Below are positions 1-9,929 of a stretch of 31,045 nucleotides of DNA, in pieces (within the stretch, counting starts at the first letter, position 1; every line of letters starts with the position of its first letter). Below the pieces are notes generated by a model. It was not told the DNA's origin. It searched no databases and saw nothing but the letters and a program-made list of their open reading frames with translations. The stretch is from Octopus sinensis (lineage: Eukaryota). The position numbers and the translations under genes were made by a program. The stretch lies in assembly GCF_006345805.1 (NCBI RefSeq), contig NW_021832347.1, positions 1-31,045 of the forward strand. Reading direction: 5' to 3'.

Positions 1-318
1 AAAGTGTCTTCTACTATAGCCACGGGCCGACCAAAGCCTTGTGAGTGGATTTGATCGACGGAAACTGAAAGAAGTCCGCCGTAAATATGTATATATATGT
101 ATGTGTGTGCGTGTGTGCTTGTGTATCTGTGTTTGTCCCCACAACATCGCTTGACAACCGTTGCTGGTGTGTTTACGTCCCCGTAACGTATCGGTTCGGC
201 AAAAGAGGCCAATAGAATAACTATTAAGCTTACAAAGAATAAGCCCTGGGGTTGATTTGTTTGGCTAAAGGCGGTGCTCCAGTATGGCCACAGTCAAATG
301 ACTGAAACAAGTAAAAGC
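1..318 (+). mobile_element. SINE family A copy (head cut off by window edge), with internal TA/TG microsatellite
   Basis: Body (AAGTGTCTTCTACTATAGCC...GACGGAAACTGAAAGAAG) and tail (...GGCGGTGCTCCAGTATGGCCACAGTCAAATGACTGAAACAAGTAAAAG) align by eye with the full copy at 5151-5650. Confidence 0.9.
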
Positions 319-483
319 AATAGAAATGACGACAATATTATGTAAAAGAGAGCTGTAAACCTTGAAATATAAATTTGGTGACAGCAAAACAATGTTTCCA
401 TCATCTCATCAGTAATATCTACTCAAGCGAAATGATACACAACTTGCTTCTATTGAGATATTGAGAGAATACTTTTATCAATG

Positions 484-785
484 TTGTTTGTTCCTTCTCG
501 GGACATGCCTGGCTCATAAGGGCCGTTTTCCCGGTTTGCTTGGCGTATAGATTTTCACCTGGACGAGACGCCGATCCGTCGCAGGTGGGCTGCTAGATGC
601 AGGAGGAAAGAGTGAGAGAAAGTTGTGGCGAAAGAGTCAGCAGAAGTTCGCCATTACCTTCTGCCGGAGCCGCGTCGAGCTTAGATGTTTCGCTTATAAA
701 CACACACATCGCCCGGTCTGAGATTCGAACCCCCTACTCTTCGGCCGCGAGTCCGCTGCTCTAACCACTAACCCATGTGCCACCA
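484..785 (-). mobile_element. SINE family C (tRNA-headed)
   Basis: On the minus strand: A box (TAGTGGTTAGAGC) and B box (GGTTCGAATC). Flanked by a diverged 15-bp TSD, ACTTTTATCAATGTT (471-485) / ACTTGTATCTATGTT (785-799). The 5' ~185 bp is shared with 9930-10317. Confidence 0.85.
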
Positions 786-834
786 CTTGTATCTATGTTT
801 AGGAGATATAAATATTTTTAAAGGCAGATTCGTT

Positions 835-912
835 TGAGTGTTTAATAGAATATCGCTCAGTAGTTCTTTTACGATGTGAGTTCAAATCGTACTGAAGTTT
901 ACTTTGCCTATC
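835..912 (+). mobile_element. Degenerate SINE family B 5' fragment
   Basis: TGTGAGTTCAAATCGTACTGAAGTTTACTTTGCCT resembles TGTGAGTTCAAATACCGCCGAGGTCGACTTTGCCT in the copy at 9166. Confidence 0.55.
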
Positions 913-2662
913 CACACCAAACCAAAGCAGTAGATTGGTGGAACTTTTAGAAGATCAGGCAAGATGCTTTGAGCCATCGATTCCGACTCATTGCATTCTC
1001 ATAGCCATAAGTGCAACAACCCCGTTCGTGCCAAGTTGTACAGTCTCAAGATGACAGGCTTTCCTCTTGATAAATATCAATAACATGGAGAGCGGTGACT
1101 TCCCTGAATAGAAAATTGCTAATTTTCCAACAAAAATCTCGCCCAGGCTTGCACATATGTGTAGACCTTTAGATAAACAGAATATTCCCACACAGCATTT
1201 GTAAATGCTTAAGCATTTTTGTCAATCTTGATCACTTATATACATCATTGTACATCATGTACATGTTTCTTATTTTATGAAAGAAAATTCTATATGTCTT
1301 TCTCAAACAATGAATAACCTCAAAATATTAAAGGTAATAATGATAATGTTTTTTTTTCAAATATTTTCATTGCCCTCCTATTGTGAATTTATAATTAGAA
1401 TCAGTAATATCTATTTAATAACTGAACACTATTGAATTTTCCAGTTCTTTCTCTTATCATCAATAGCAATCCGTTTTTAAACAAGCAAATAAGCAAGTAT
1501 CGAACAGGTTTTAACAATTTCTCTTTTAATGGCTGAAATTTTCGCAGCAGCACAGTAAGACCTTTTTGTGGACAGTGTTTCGTTTATTTTCATGTTATTA
1601 TTTCTGACACTCAATGTTTGTTTTAAATCTCGATGCTTCCTGAACTGAAAGTAGTTCATTTCTCAAACGTATACATAGCATTTGCTGTGTTGACAATGGC
1701 GGTTTCGTCTGTTTTTCTTACGCAAAATATACCTCTGGCTAAAATTGTATCTTACAGACTTTCACTGACACCTGAAACGTCATCTATTGTTTTTCTTGGA
1801 AATTCGAAACACACACACACACACACACGTACACACACATACACACACAAAAATACAAATACGCATATATACGTATATTGACACGTACACACTCACGGAC
1901 ATCTATGTCACGCATACACATACAGGCACATTATCACATACATTCACATATACCCTGGCATTGTGATTACGAAAGTTTACAATAACATGGAATATCAGTA
2001 GATAAATATCACACAGAATGATATACGATATAAAATATGATACAGAAGCACATGTAGTTGAATAATATAACATGGAGAATCGAAATTCTTGAAATTCAGC
2101 GTTTCTTTAGAATCGGTACGACTGTTTTAATACGTTTATTATACCCTTCCATATACGACAATGTTTTCTACTGTAAGTTATCTCATTATTATCATTCAGA
2201 AGCCAGCAAATGTTCGCTGGAGACTCTAATATCTCTAATATTGTTCAATGCGAGGCAGAAGTAGCTAATGCATAGCAAGCAGATTTATTCGGTAAAGAAA
2301 AGTCTCTGCATATCTAGGAAAACTGATGCGAAGATGAGGGAGTCTTATATAGGAAATAGAATTGGACTCACAAATGCTTCAGGACAAACGCAGATAGAAA
2401 GACAGAGCATCAAGTGACGTTGATTATGAGTACCACAATTATATATATATATGTTTATATATATAGATATACTTGTATATATGTTTGTAGTGATAAATTA
2501 CATGGTTATTGACGTAGTGTCTATTTTCGGCATATTTTAGCATTAGAATTTTTTCTTTTGCTCTTACTTATAAATTGCTTTTAAATTTAACCTTTAAAGG
2601 TATTTTTAATATGCTGGCCATTGATAGAATTTTTCGAAAAAATCTCTATCCTATATTAGATG

Positions 2663-2695
<33 letters not shown>

Positions 2696-3023
2696 GATAT
2701 ATATATATAGACAATACATATAATCGCTATGGTGAACCTCTGTGTATCAGAGTATACCTTTGTGTATGTTTGCATGTGCGACTGTACATGTACCATGCAA
2801 CCTACGCGAGGGCGTTTATATGTCCATATCCGTTAACGGTTATTGTTAATACTTTTTTCGCTGTATTGTGTATTCGTTTTTTTTTGCATATGTTATTATT
2901 TTATTATTTTATATGAAGCTATATCTATATGAATCTATATCCTTTAATTTACTGCTTCTCTTTGCACGAACCGAGAAGACACTTTCCGGAACAGTCATTA
3001 ATTTAAGGAGTTATATCTCATCG

Positions 3024-3128
3024 TCCTCCGAAGAGATACATCTACACCGACGGACACTTCTAAACCAGTTGATAGGTATCCAGCCCGTAAGGGAACGATG
3101 CTAGATGGGTCGAAACAATTGAAGTGAT
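3024..3128 (+). ncRNA. Degenerate type I hammerhead-ribozyme-like motif (Penelope-type)
   Basis: CCGAAGA (3028-3034), stem II GATACATCTA/TAGATGGGTC, GAAA (3112-3115), palindromic CAATTG (3116-3121). The UH site reads AA. AATAAA follows at 3130. Confidence 0.6.
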
Positions 3129-3571
3129 TAATAAAATTTCTCGTAACTTTCATATTCCGTTTCTCTCATTAACCGTATGTGTGTGTGTGTGTGTGTGTGT
3201 TGGCATGGCTATAGGCAATGGGTATGTATTCCTGTGTGATTAAGAAACTTGCTGTCCAACTACGTCGTTTCGGGTTAATTTTCACTGCTCGGCGCCTTCC
3301 GCAAGTGTCATCTACGAAAGCGCCGAGTCAACCAATGACTTGACAGTGATTTTGTTAGAGGGGAACCTGTATGGAAAACTCATCACATACATATGTGTGT
3401 GAGTACATGAGTATGTGTGTGCGTGTACGTGCGTGTGTGAGTGTGTGCCTGTGTATGGGTTGGCTTTGTTCCCATCAATGATTAACAAGTGGTATTGGTG
3501 TGTTTAAGGTTCCGTAGACTAGCGGTTCAGCAAAAGCGTCCCATAAAGCAAACGCCAGACTTAAAGATATA

Positions 3572-4533
3572 GAGTGGTTGAACCAAATAATAGAAACATC
3601 TAGCATAATAGCATCGTAATTTTGAAATATCTATAAAACCGTCAAAAGCTTGTTTATTTTTAGTTTTTTTTTTATCTATTATTAGTGTTGCTTAAGTTTT
3701 TCTAAAATTGCTGTTTCTTTTCAGATATCATCAGAAAAAGATAATTAGAATTCATTAAAATGACAGATCTATAGGACTTTCAAAGAGGTTAAATTGTTGG
3801 TGCTCGTTTAGCGGGCGCTGGTGTCACGAAAGCAACCGAAATGTTTGGTGCATCAAGAAGTACTCTCTCGAAAGTAATGACAGCCTTTGAGAAAGAGGGA
3901 AAAACCTCGTCGAAACAAAACTCCGGAGCAAAACTCCGGGAGACAACCAAAACTTTCAGATAGTGACCGTCGGACTCTTACGCGAATTGTTAGAAAGTGT
4001 CACAAAAATACAGCTACCAAAATTACTGCAGAGCTTAATGACGACCTCAAGAATGGTTTCCAACGGTTTCCATTTTTGGCAGAATTATTAGTGAAGACAA
4101 TTTAAGCATTTTATCTGATCAAATTCATATTATAGTTGCAGAACTGTTTCTGAAGAGAAACGTAATTTTTCGGGATGATAATGCACCAATTCACACAGCT
4201 AAAATTGTTACTGAATGGCACGAGGAACATTCTAGTGAAGTTGAACATCTTATCTGGCCACCACAGTCCCCAGATCTCAATATTATTGAACATTTATGGT
4301 GCATTTTAGAAAACAAGTAAGGAGGTGATATCTTCCGCCATCATCTCTACAAGAACTGGGAAGTGTTTTAGCTGAAGAATGGACAAAAATTCCTTTGGAA
4401 ACAATTCAAACTTTGTACGAGTCCATACCTCGTAGAATTCAAGCTGTGATTACTGCAAAAGGCAGTCCTACCCCATGTTAAAATAAATTTGCTTGAAATT
4501 TTAAGGTGTTTTCATTATTTTGTCCAATGCTTG
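3572..4533 (+). mobile_element. Tc1-family DNA transposon, internally deleted, DD36E spacing
   Basis: Imperfect ~30-bp TIRs at 3572-3601 and 4504-4533 (19/24 identity over the inner part), TA at the left flank, transposase remnant inside. Confidence 0.92.
3760..4481 (+). pseudogene. Tc1 transposase pseudogene
   Basis: N-terminal MTDL*DFQRG*IVGARLAGAGVTKATEMFGASRSTLSKVM, then NSGRQPKLSDSDRRTLTRIVRKCHKNTATKITAELN. After a central deletion: FRDDNAPIHTAKIVTEWHEEHSSEVEHLIWPPQSPDLNIIEHLW, ending RRIQAVITAKGSPTPC*. Contains stops and a frameshifting local duplication near 3916-3942. Confidence 0.93.
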
Positions 4534-4657
4534 AATATGTACTGAGATGGATTTGTTCGACTAAACACTTCAAGGCGATGCTCCAGCATGACTGAAGTTC
4601 AATGATTGAAACAAGAATTAATGTCTTTAAGAATATCTGTAACGGATATATATAGTA

Positions 4658-4945
4658 GGCGCAGACGTAACTGTGTGGTAAGGAGTTTACTTCCGAACCA
4701 CATGATTTCAGGTTCAGCCGCACTGCGTGGAACTTTGGGCAAGTGTCTCTTACAATCGTCCGTTGATGATCAAAACCTTGTAATTGATTTTGCAGAGAGA
4801 AACTGTATAGAAGCCGTCGTATTTATATGTGTGTGTCCCTTTGTCTTGCATTTGTGCCCCAGTACTGAACTCGACTTGTTCAACTAAACCCTTCAAGCCC
4901 CAGTATGACCGCAGTCCGATGACTTTAGTAGAAGATAAAAGATGA
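4658..4945 (+). mobile_element. SINE family A, diverged and internally deleted copy
   Basis: Head GGCGCAGACGTAACTGTGTGGTAAG...GGTTCAG...TTGGGCAAGTGTCT and tail GACCGCAGTC...TAAAAGA. Confidence 0.85.
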
Positions 4946-4949
4946 AAGA

Positions 4950-5100
4950 TGTGGCTGTGTGGTAAAAAGCTTGCTTCCCAACCACATGGTTCCTGTTTCA
5001 GTCCCACTGCGTCGCACCTTCTGCAAGTGCCTTGTTCTATAACCTCAGAGCTACCAAACCCGTGTGAGTTGATTTGGTAGACAGAAACTGAAAAAAATCC
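4950..5100 (+). mobile_element. SINE family A, 5' half
   Basis: GTGGCTGTGTGGTAAAAAGCTTGCTTCCCAACCACATGGTTCC...GATTTGGTAGACAGAAACTGAAA, ending at a (TA)n tract. Confidence 0.85.
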
Positions 5101-5150
5101 TATATATATATATATATATATATATAAATCCTATATATATTGGATTTATA

Positions 5151-5378
5151 GGCGCAGGAGTGGCTGTGTGGTAAGTAGCTTGCTTACCAACCACATGGTT
5201 CCGGGTTCAGTCCCACTGCACGGATCTTGGGCAAGTTGTCTTCTGCTATAGACTCGGGCCGACCAATGCCTTGTGAGTGGATTTGGGGACGGAACTGAAA
5301 GACCTGTCGTATATATATATATATATATATACATATACGATATATATATATTATATATATATATATTATATTATATAG

Positions 5379-5429
<51 letters not shown>

Positions 5430-5649
5430 ATGTGGTGGTATATGTTTGTGTGGTCGTATTTGTCCCTAGCATTGTTTGACAACCGATGGTGGTGTGTTTA
5501 CGTCCCCGTAACTTAGCGGTTCGGCAAAAGAGACCGATAGAAATTACTGGGCTTACAAAGAATAAGTCCAGGGGTCGATTTGCTCGGCTAAAGGCGATGC
5601 TCCAGCATTGTCGCAGTCAAATGACTGAAACAAGTAAAAGAGTAAAAGA

Positions 5650-5650
<1 letters not shown>
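5151..5650 (+). mobile_element. SINE family A, full-length (tRNA head, CORE-like segment, internal microsatellite, 3' tail)
   Basis: A box TGGCTGTGTGGT and B box GGTTCAGTCCC. CTTGGGCAAGT resembles the CORE-SINE domain. About 140 bp of (TA)n/(TG)n inside. Tail ends GTAAAAGAGTAAAAGAG. More than ten homologous pieces occur in the window. Confidence 0.93.
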
Positions 5651-5706
<56 letters not shown>

Positions 5707-5769
5707 AAATCCTATACATACATACATATATATATATATATATTACGTATATATTTATGCGTGTACGTC

Positions 5770-5980
5770 TGTATGCCTGTTTGTCTCCCCCACCTCCATC
5801 GCTTGACAACTGATATTGGTGTGTTTAAATTCCCGTAACTTAACGATTTAGCAAAAGAGACCGATAGAATAAGTACCAGGCTTACAAAAAATAAGTCCTG
5901 GGCTCGATTTCTTCGACTAAAAGGTGGCACTCCAGCATGGCCGCAGTTAAATGACTGAAACGAGTAAAAGCATAAAAGAA
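5770..5980 (+). mobile_element. SINE family A, 3' half
   Basis: CATCGCTTGACAACTGATATTGGTGTGTTTA...CCAGCATGGCCGCAGTTAAATGACTGAAACGAGTAAAAG matches 5470-5650. Confidence 0.9.
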
Positions 5981-5989
5981 TATCTATAT

Positions 5990-6553
5990 ATATAATCAAT
6001 GAAATTCTATCTTAGTCTGACTTTTACGTTTTATCATCTGTAATTTTACAATATTCTTTTTTTTACTCCAGGCACAAGGCAAGGGGTCCAGTCGATTAGA
6101 TCGACTTCCAGTATGCAACTGGTACTTAATTTATCGGCCTCGAAAAGAGGACAGGCAAAATCGACCTTGGCGGAATTTGAATTCAGAACGTAAAGACAGA
6201 CGTAATACCGCTAAGTATTTCGCCCGGCATGTTAACGTTTCTTATTTCTTTACTGCTCACAAGGGGCCAAACATAGAGGGGACAAACAAGGACAGACAAA
6301 GGGATTAAGTCGATTACATCGACTCCAGTGCGTAACGGCTGACGAAATGCCGCTAAGCATTTCACCCGGCGCGCTAATGTTTCTGCTAGCTCGCCGCCTT
6401 ACAATTTTACAATAATCATGTTGACAATTGTGGAACATTACATAAACCTGATGATTGAGTAATATATGAAAGCACTAGTTTATTGCAATATTGTAAAATT
6501 GTAAAAATTGCAAATAATAAAACGTGAAGCTGGAATTTAATTGATCATTATAT
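5990..6553. mobile_element. Putative MITE-like element with ~60-70 bp imperfect terminal inverted repeats, hosting a SINE B composite
   Basis: The left arm TATAATCAATGAAATTC...ACGTTTTATCATCTGTAATTTTACAAT resembles the reverse complement of 6481-6552 (TATAATGATCAATTAAATTCC...ACGTTTTATTATTTGCAATTTTTACAATTTTACAATA). Confidence 0.5.
6053..6398 (-). mobile_element. SINE family B composite (two tandem or nested copies with different tails)
   Basis: An older-tail copy at 6053-6242 is followed by an internally deleted copy at 6243-6398 ending in the head CTAGCTCGCCGCC. TTACAAT is duplicated at both flanks (6046-6052, 6399-6405). Confidence 0.85.
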
Positions 6554-6819
6554 TCCCCTATAGACAATCATACAAACTTGGAAGTGTGTGTCTGTGTATG
6601 TGTGTGTGTGTGTGCGTGTGCGTGTTTGTGTGTCTGTTTGTTTATCTGTCTGTCTTTGTGTATGTGTTTGTCCTCCACCACACTGTTTAAATAAAGTGAT
6701 AAATTAAATAACTCAGTACGGTAGAGTATTTCTTTTTTTAAATACTTTTTAACACTATGGCCTCTAAAACGTCCGAGTTTGTATTTTCCGCTTTTTCAGC
6801 AGGTAATCAGATCCTATTT

Positions 6820-6936
6820 CATCAAGGTGGTGCCGTTATCCAAAAAGTAAAAGATTAAAGACATAACCTTCTGAAACACAATTCGAATATCTGATTAAAT
6901 AATCAGATATTTTTGGATAACGGCACCACCTTGATG
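6820..6936. repeat. Perfect 27-bp inverted repeat with an internal 12-bp palindrome
   Basis: CATCAAGGTGGTGCCGTTATCCAAAAA (6820-6846) is the exact reverse complement of 6910-6936. AATATCTGATTA-AA-TAATCAGATATT lies at 6886-6911. Confidence 0.95.
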
Positions 6937-6984
6937 TTTTTTAGTCGTCGCACCAATCGAATCCATTAATATATTTTTTACACA

Positions 6985-7166
6985 TCTTTTACCAAACCGG
7001 TAAAGTAAGGAAATTTAAACAAATAATACCGGCTGTCAAGCGGTGATGTTGACCATCACAGACACATACGCACATATTTATTTATATACGACGGGCTTCT
7101 ACACAGTTTCCGTTTAGACTCTTAGTCTGCTCGAGGCTATAGCAGAACACACTTTCCCTAGTTACC
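6985..7166 (-). mobile_element. SINE family A, internal fragment
   Basis: GCTGTCAAGCGGTG...ATACGACGGGCTTCT...GTTTCCGT...CGAGGCTATAGCAGAACACACTT is the reverse complement of the family A body. Confidence 0.8.
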
Positions 7167-7399
7167 GCGGATGAAGGTATTCGCGAAACGCTCGTCCCAG
7201 TTTTTTTTCTAAAAAATCTTGCAATCTACATTTCCAAACCAATTGTTTTAAGATCGCGTTTTCCACCTTCTTCATGGTTCTTGTGGGAATAAGGAATAGT
7301 CTAAACTTTATGCTGCTTCTTTATTCTTCGTTTCCTGAAGAAATCAAATTTCATATAACCTACTCCCCCCCTCCCTTCCCCTCCCTCCTCTCTCTCACG

Positions 7400-8110
7400 T
7401 TGTTCCCGCAGTGGTTGGAGTCTCAGAAGCAGTTGTTCTCACTGATGAATTAGACATTGCCACACAATGGAATGTGGAAGATGAGACTGAGACAAAAGCC
7501 TGCTTAATCCTACCGCACGTAGAGAGGACGTAGCCTATATTCTTCTCTGTATTCTTGGAATCTGTATGACTTCATGGAATTACTACATCATGTATGATGT
7601 ATTTTCTTGAGAGCGAATATTAGATTTTGATGACTAACACATCGAAGACACTAACAGCGTGGAAGATCTTCGCTAGGTTGACACATCAGGAGAATAGATA
7701 AGAATTCTATTACTAAAGCACTCTGGTAGAAAATGCCATAACGCATGTTTCACAATTTCTCAAGAAAATACATTGGTAAAAGGTCCTCCCGGAAGTGGTA
7801 TGTGTGGTGTTTTGTGGGAATCCTGCAAATACCATGCTAGAAATGGAGGGTAAGGACGTACAACAGTGTTTATCGAACACATGATAAGTTTATTTCCTTT
7901 AGTACATTTTGTATGATGGAAATATCTTTGAACCTCTGAGTGAACTCATGTTGTTGTAGTGGCATAGGTAGAAATGGCCAGTGTTGCTTATCGATCAGAG
8001 ATGAATAATTTTTCCTGTAGCCACAAGCAAGGTCGAGGAAACATTCAACTGGCGGTTAATGGATACTCGGAGAACATTCCTTGTGGATTTATGGCTCAGG
8101 GTTGGGGATA
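7400..8110 (-). mobile_element. Possible highly decayed Penelope-like element (RT thumb / GIY-YIG region)
   Basis: Minus-strand peptide remnants in shifting frames: FLDL (8040-8029), SNTGHFYLCHYNNMSS (~7988-7940), KDISIIQNVL, later CGNV*FISE. The order is the one expected in Penelope ORFs, but the match is by eye and weak. Confidence 0.3.
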
Positions 8111-8843
8111 ATTTAAAATACAATCGAAATGGTTAGCCTTCCGTTTACACTATAGTTTTCTAAATAATGAAGTGAGTTGTATGGTTGTACCTGTCCTGTT
8201 CGCTACACACTGCTATAATAGCAGTGACTGGGAGGGGAGAAAGAGAGAGTGAGAGTGAAGGAGAGAGAGGGGAAGAGAGGGAGAGAGAGTGTATGCGTTT
8301 TATTTATAATTGGAAAATTCTTCTCGGGGGCTGAAAGAATGACATACAAAAATTTGAGTCAAGTGCAAATAAAACAGACCTGATCTAGTTGTTTAGGAAA
8401 AAGGAAAAGAATTTAGTACATTTATAGATATCAGAAACACCGTTCAATGGCATCATTTAAATCAAAATTAATGAAAAAGACTACATATTTATTCAACTAC
8501 TTTTCTAGGGACAGCTTTTCTACGCGAATATTTATTTTCATACATATTCATAATTAGTGGTAATCTTAGTTATGTTATTAAATATCTAAGAAAAAACGAT
8601 CGTAAAGCTATAGTAGTTTTTCTGTGAAGAACATGCGTAACTAACATGTAAATTGGAAATACAATTTGTGAGCAAAAGAGTAAAAATATGCAAAGATATT
8701 CTAAAATTCAACTTATAATATATATTGTCGTCGTTATCTACATTTTGTAGATAGATACTCGTTCAATGTTATATATTCAGTGTCCTTTATTATAAAAAGT
8801 ATTCAAAAAATACTAAGTGGAAGTTCACGTATACATGCTCAAA

Positions 8844-8990
<147 letters not shown>

Positions 8991-9100
8991 TTGTGTGTCT
9001 GACTGTCTGTCTATCTGTCTACATCAAAATATAATTATACAGACGCACATATTTTCATATATATATATATATACACACACATATAAATATATATATATAC

Positions 9101-9154
<54 letters not shown>

Positions 9155-9165
9155 TGTGTGTGTAA

Positions 9166-9377
9166 GGCGTCGAGCTGGCAGACACGTTAGCGCGCCGGGC
9201 GAAATGCTTAGCGGTATTTCATCTGCCGTTAGGTTGTGAGTTCAAATACCGCCGAGGTCGACTTTGCCTTCCATCCTTTCGGGGTCGATAAATAATGTAC
9301 GAGTTTTACACTGGGGTCTATGTAATCGACTTAATCCGTTTGTCCTTGTTTAGCCCATTGTGGGCAATAAACTAATT
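9166..9377 (+). mobile_element. SINE family B, full-length (tRNA-like head, Meta-domain-like centre)
   Basis: Head GGCGTCGAGCTGGCAGA and B box GAGTTCAAATACC. The centre GGTCGACTTTGCCTTCCATCCTTTCGGGGTCGATAAAT resembles the MetaSINE domain as I recall it. Tail GCCCATTGTGGGCAATAAA. Confidence 0.92.
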
Positions 9378-9401
9378 TCTATATATATGTGTGTGTATGT
9401 A

Positions 9402-9456
<55 letters not shown>

Positions 9457-9499
9457 GTATGTATGTGTGTGTCTGTCTGTCTGTCTATCTATCTATCTC

Positions 9500-9590
9500 T
9501 TCCCTTTTTTATCCTTCTCTTCCGCAAAAGAAAAGCTCTACTTTGTATTTTGTCTCCTCTGTGTGCAACCCTGTGTGGCCAATAAAGAAA
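9500..9590 (+). mobile_element. 3'-terminal fragment of a non-LTR element related to the SINE B tail
   Basis: TTTGTCTCCTCTGTGTGCAACCCTGTGTGGCCAATAAAGAAA resembles the SINE B tail TTTGTCCCCTCTGTGTTTAGCCCCTTGTGGGTAGTAAAGAAA, but the upstream sequence differs. It sits within an (ATCT)n tract. Confidence 0.6.
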
Positions 9591-9929
9591 CTATCTATCT
9601 ATCTATCTATATATCTATCTATCTATCTATCTCTCTCTATATATATATATATACACAGATAGATAGATAGATAGATAGATAGAAAGATAGATAGATAGAG
9701 AGAGAGAGAGATAGATAGATAAATAGATAGGTAGTTCGGTAGGTAGGTAGGTTAAAAAATAACCACATAGACAGACAAATGCATAGTCTGATACATAGAG
9801 CGACAGGCAAACACAAATCTATACATCTATACAAGGAAAGAGAGATTCTTTTTTACCGCACCACGAGGCTTCTTATTACCTAACCGCAGCAGTCATTTAT
9901 GACAGTATATATATATATATATATTATAT

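Larger units (their letters stand above)
3225..4620 (+). mobile_element. Old SINE family A copy, split by the Tc1 insertion
   Basis: Diverged head and body at 3225-3569 end in CCAGACTTAAAGATA. The tail resumes at ~4536 (GTACTGAGATGGATTTGTTCGACTAAA...GCTCCAGCATG...TGAAACAAG), collinear with the other A copies. Confidence 0.8.

Noticed and set aside
715-785. tRNA-like sequences here and at 5151-5220, 9166-9255 and 10245-10317
   Set aside because: A and B boxes are present, but each continues into a multi-copy SINE body and lacks a clean cloverleaf. They are SINE heads, not tRNA genes.
4658-5980. Recurring conserved blocks separated by variable sequence, superficially array- or CRISPR-like
   Set aside because: These are clustered SINE A copies with irregular lengths and microsatellite spacers, in a eukaryotic context with no cas genes.
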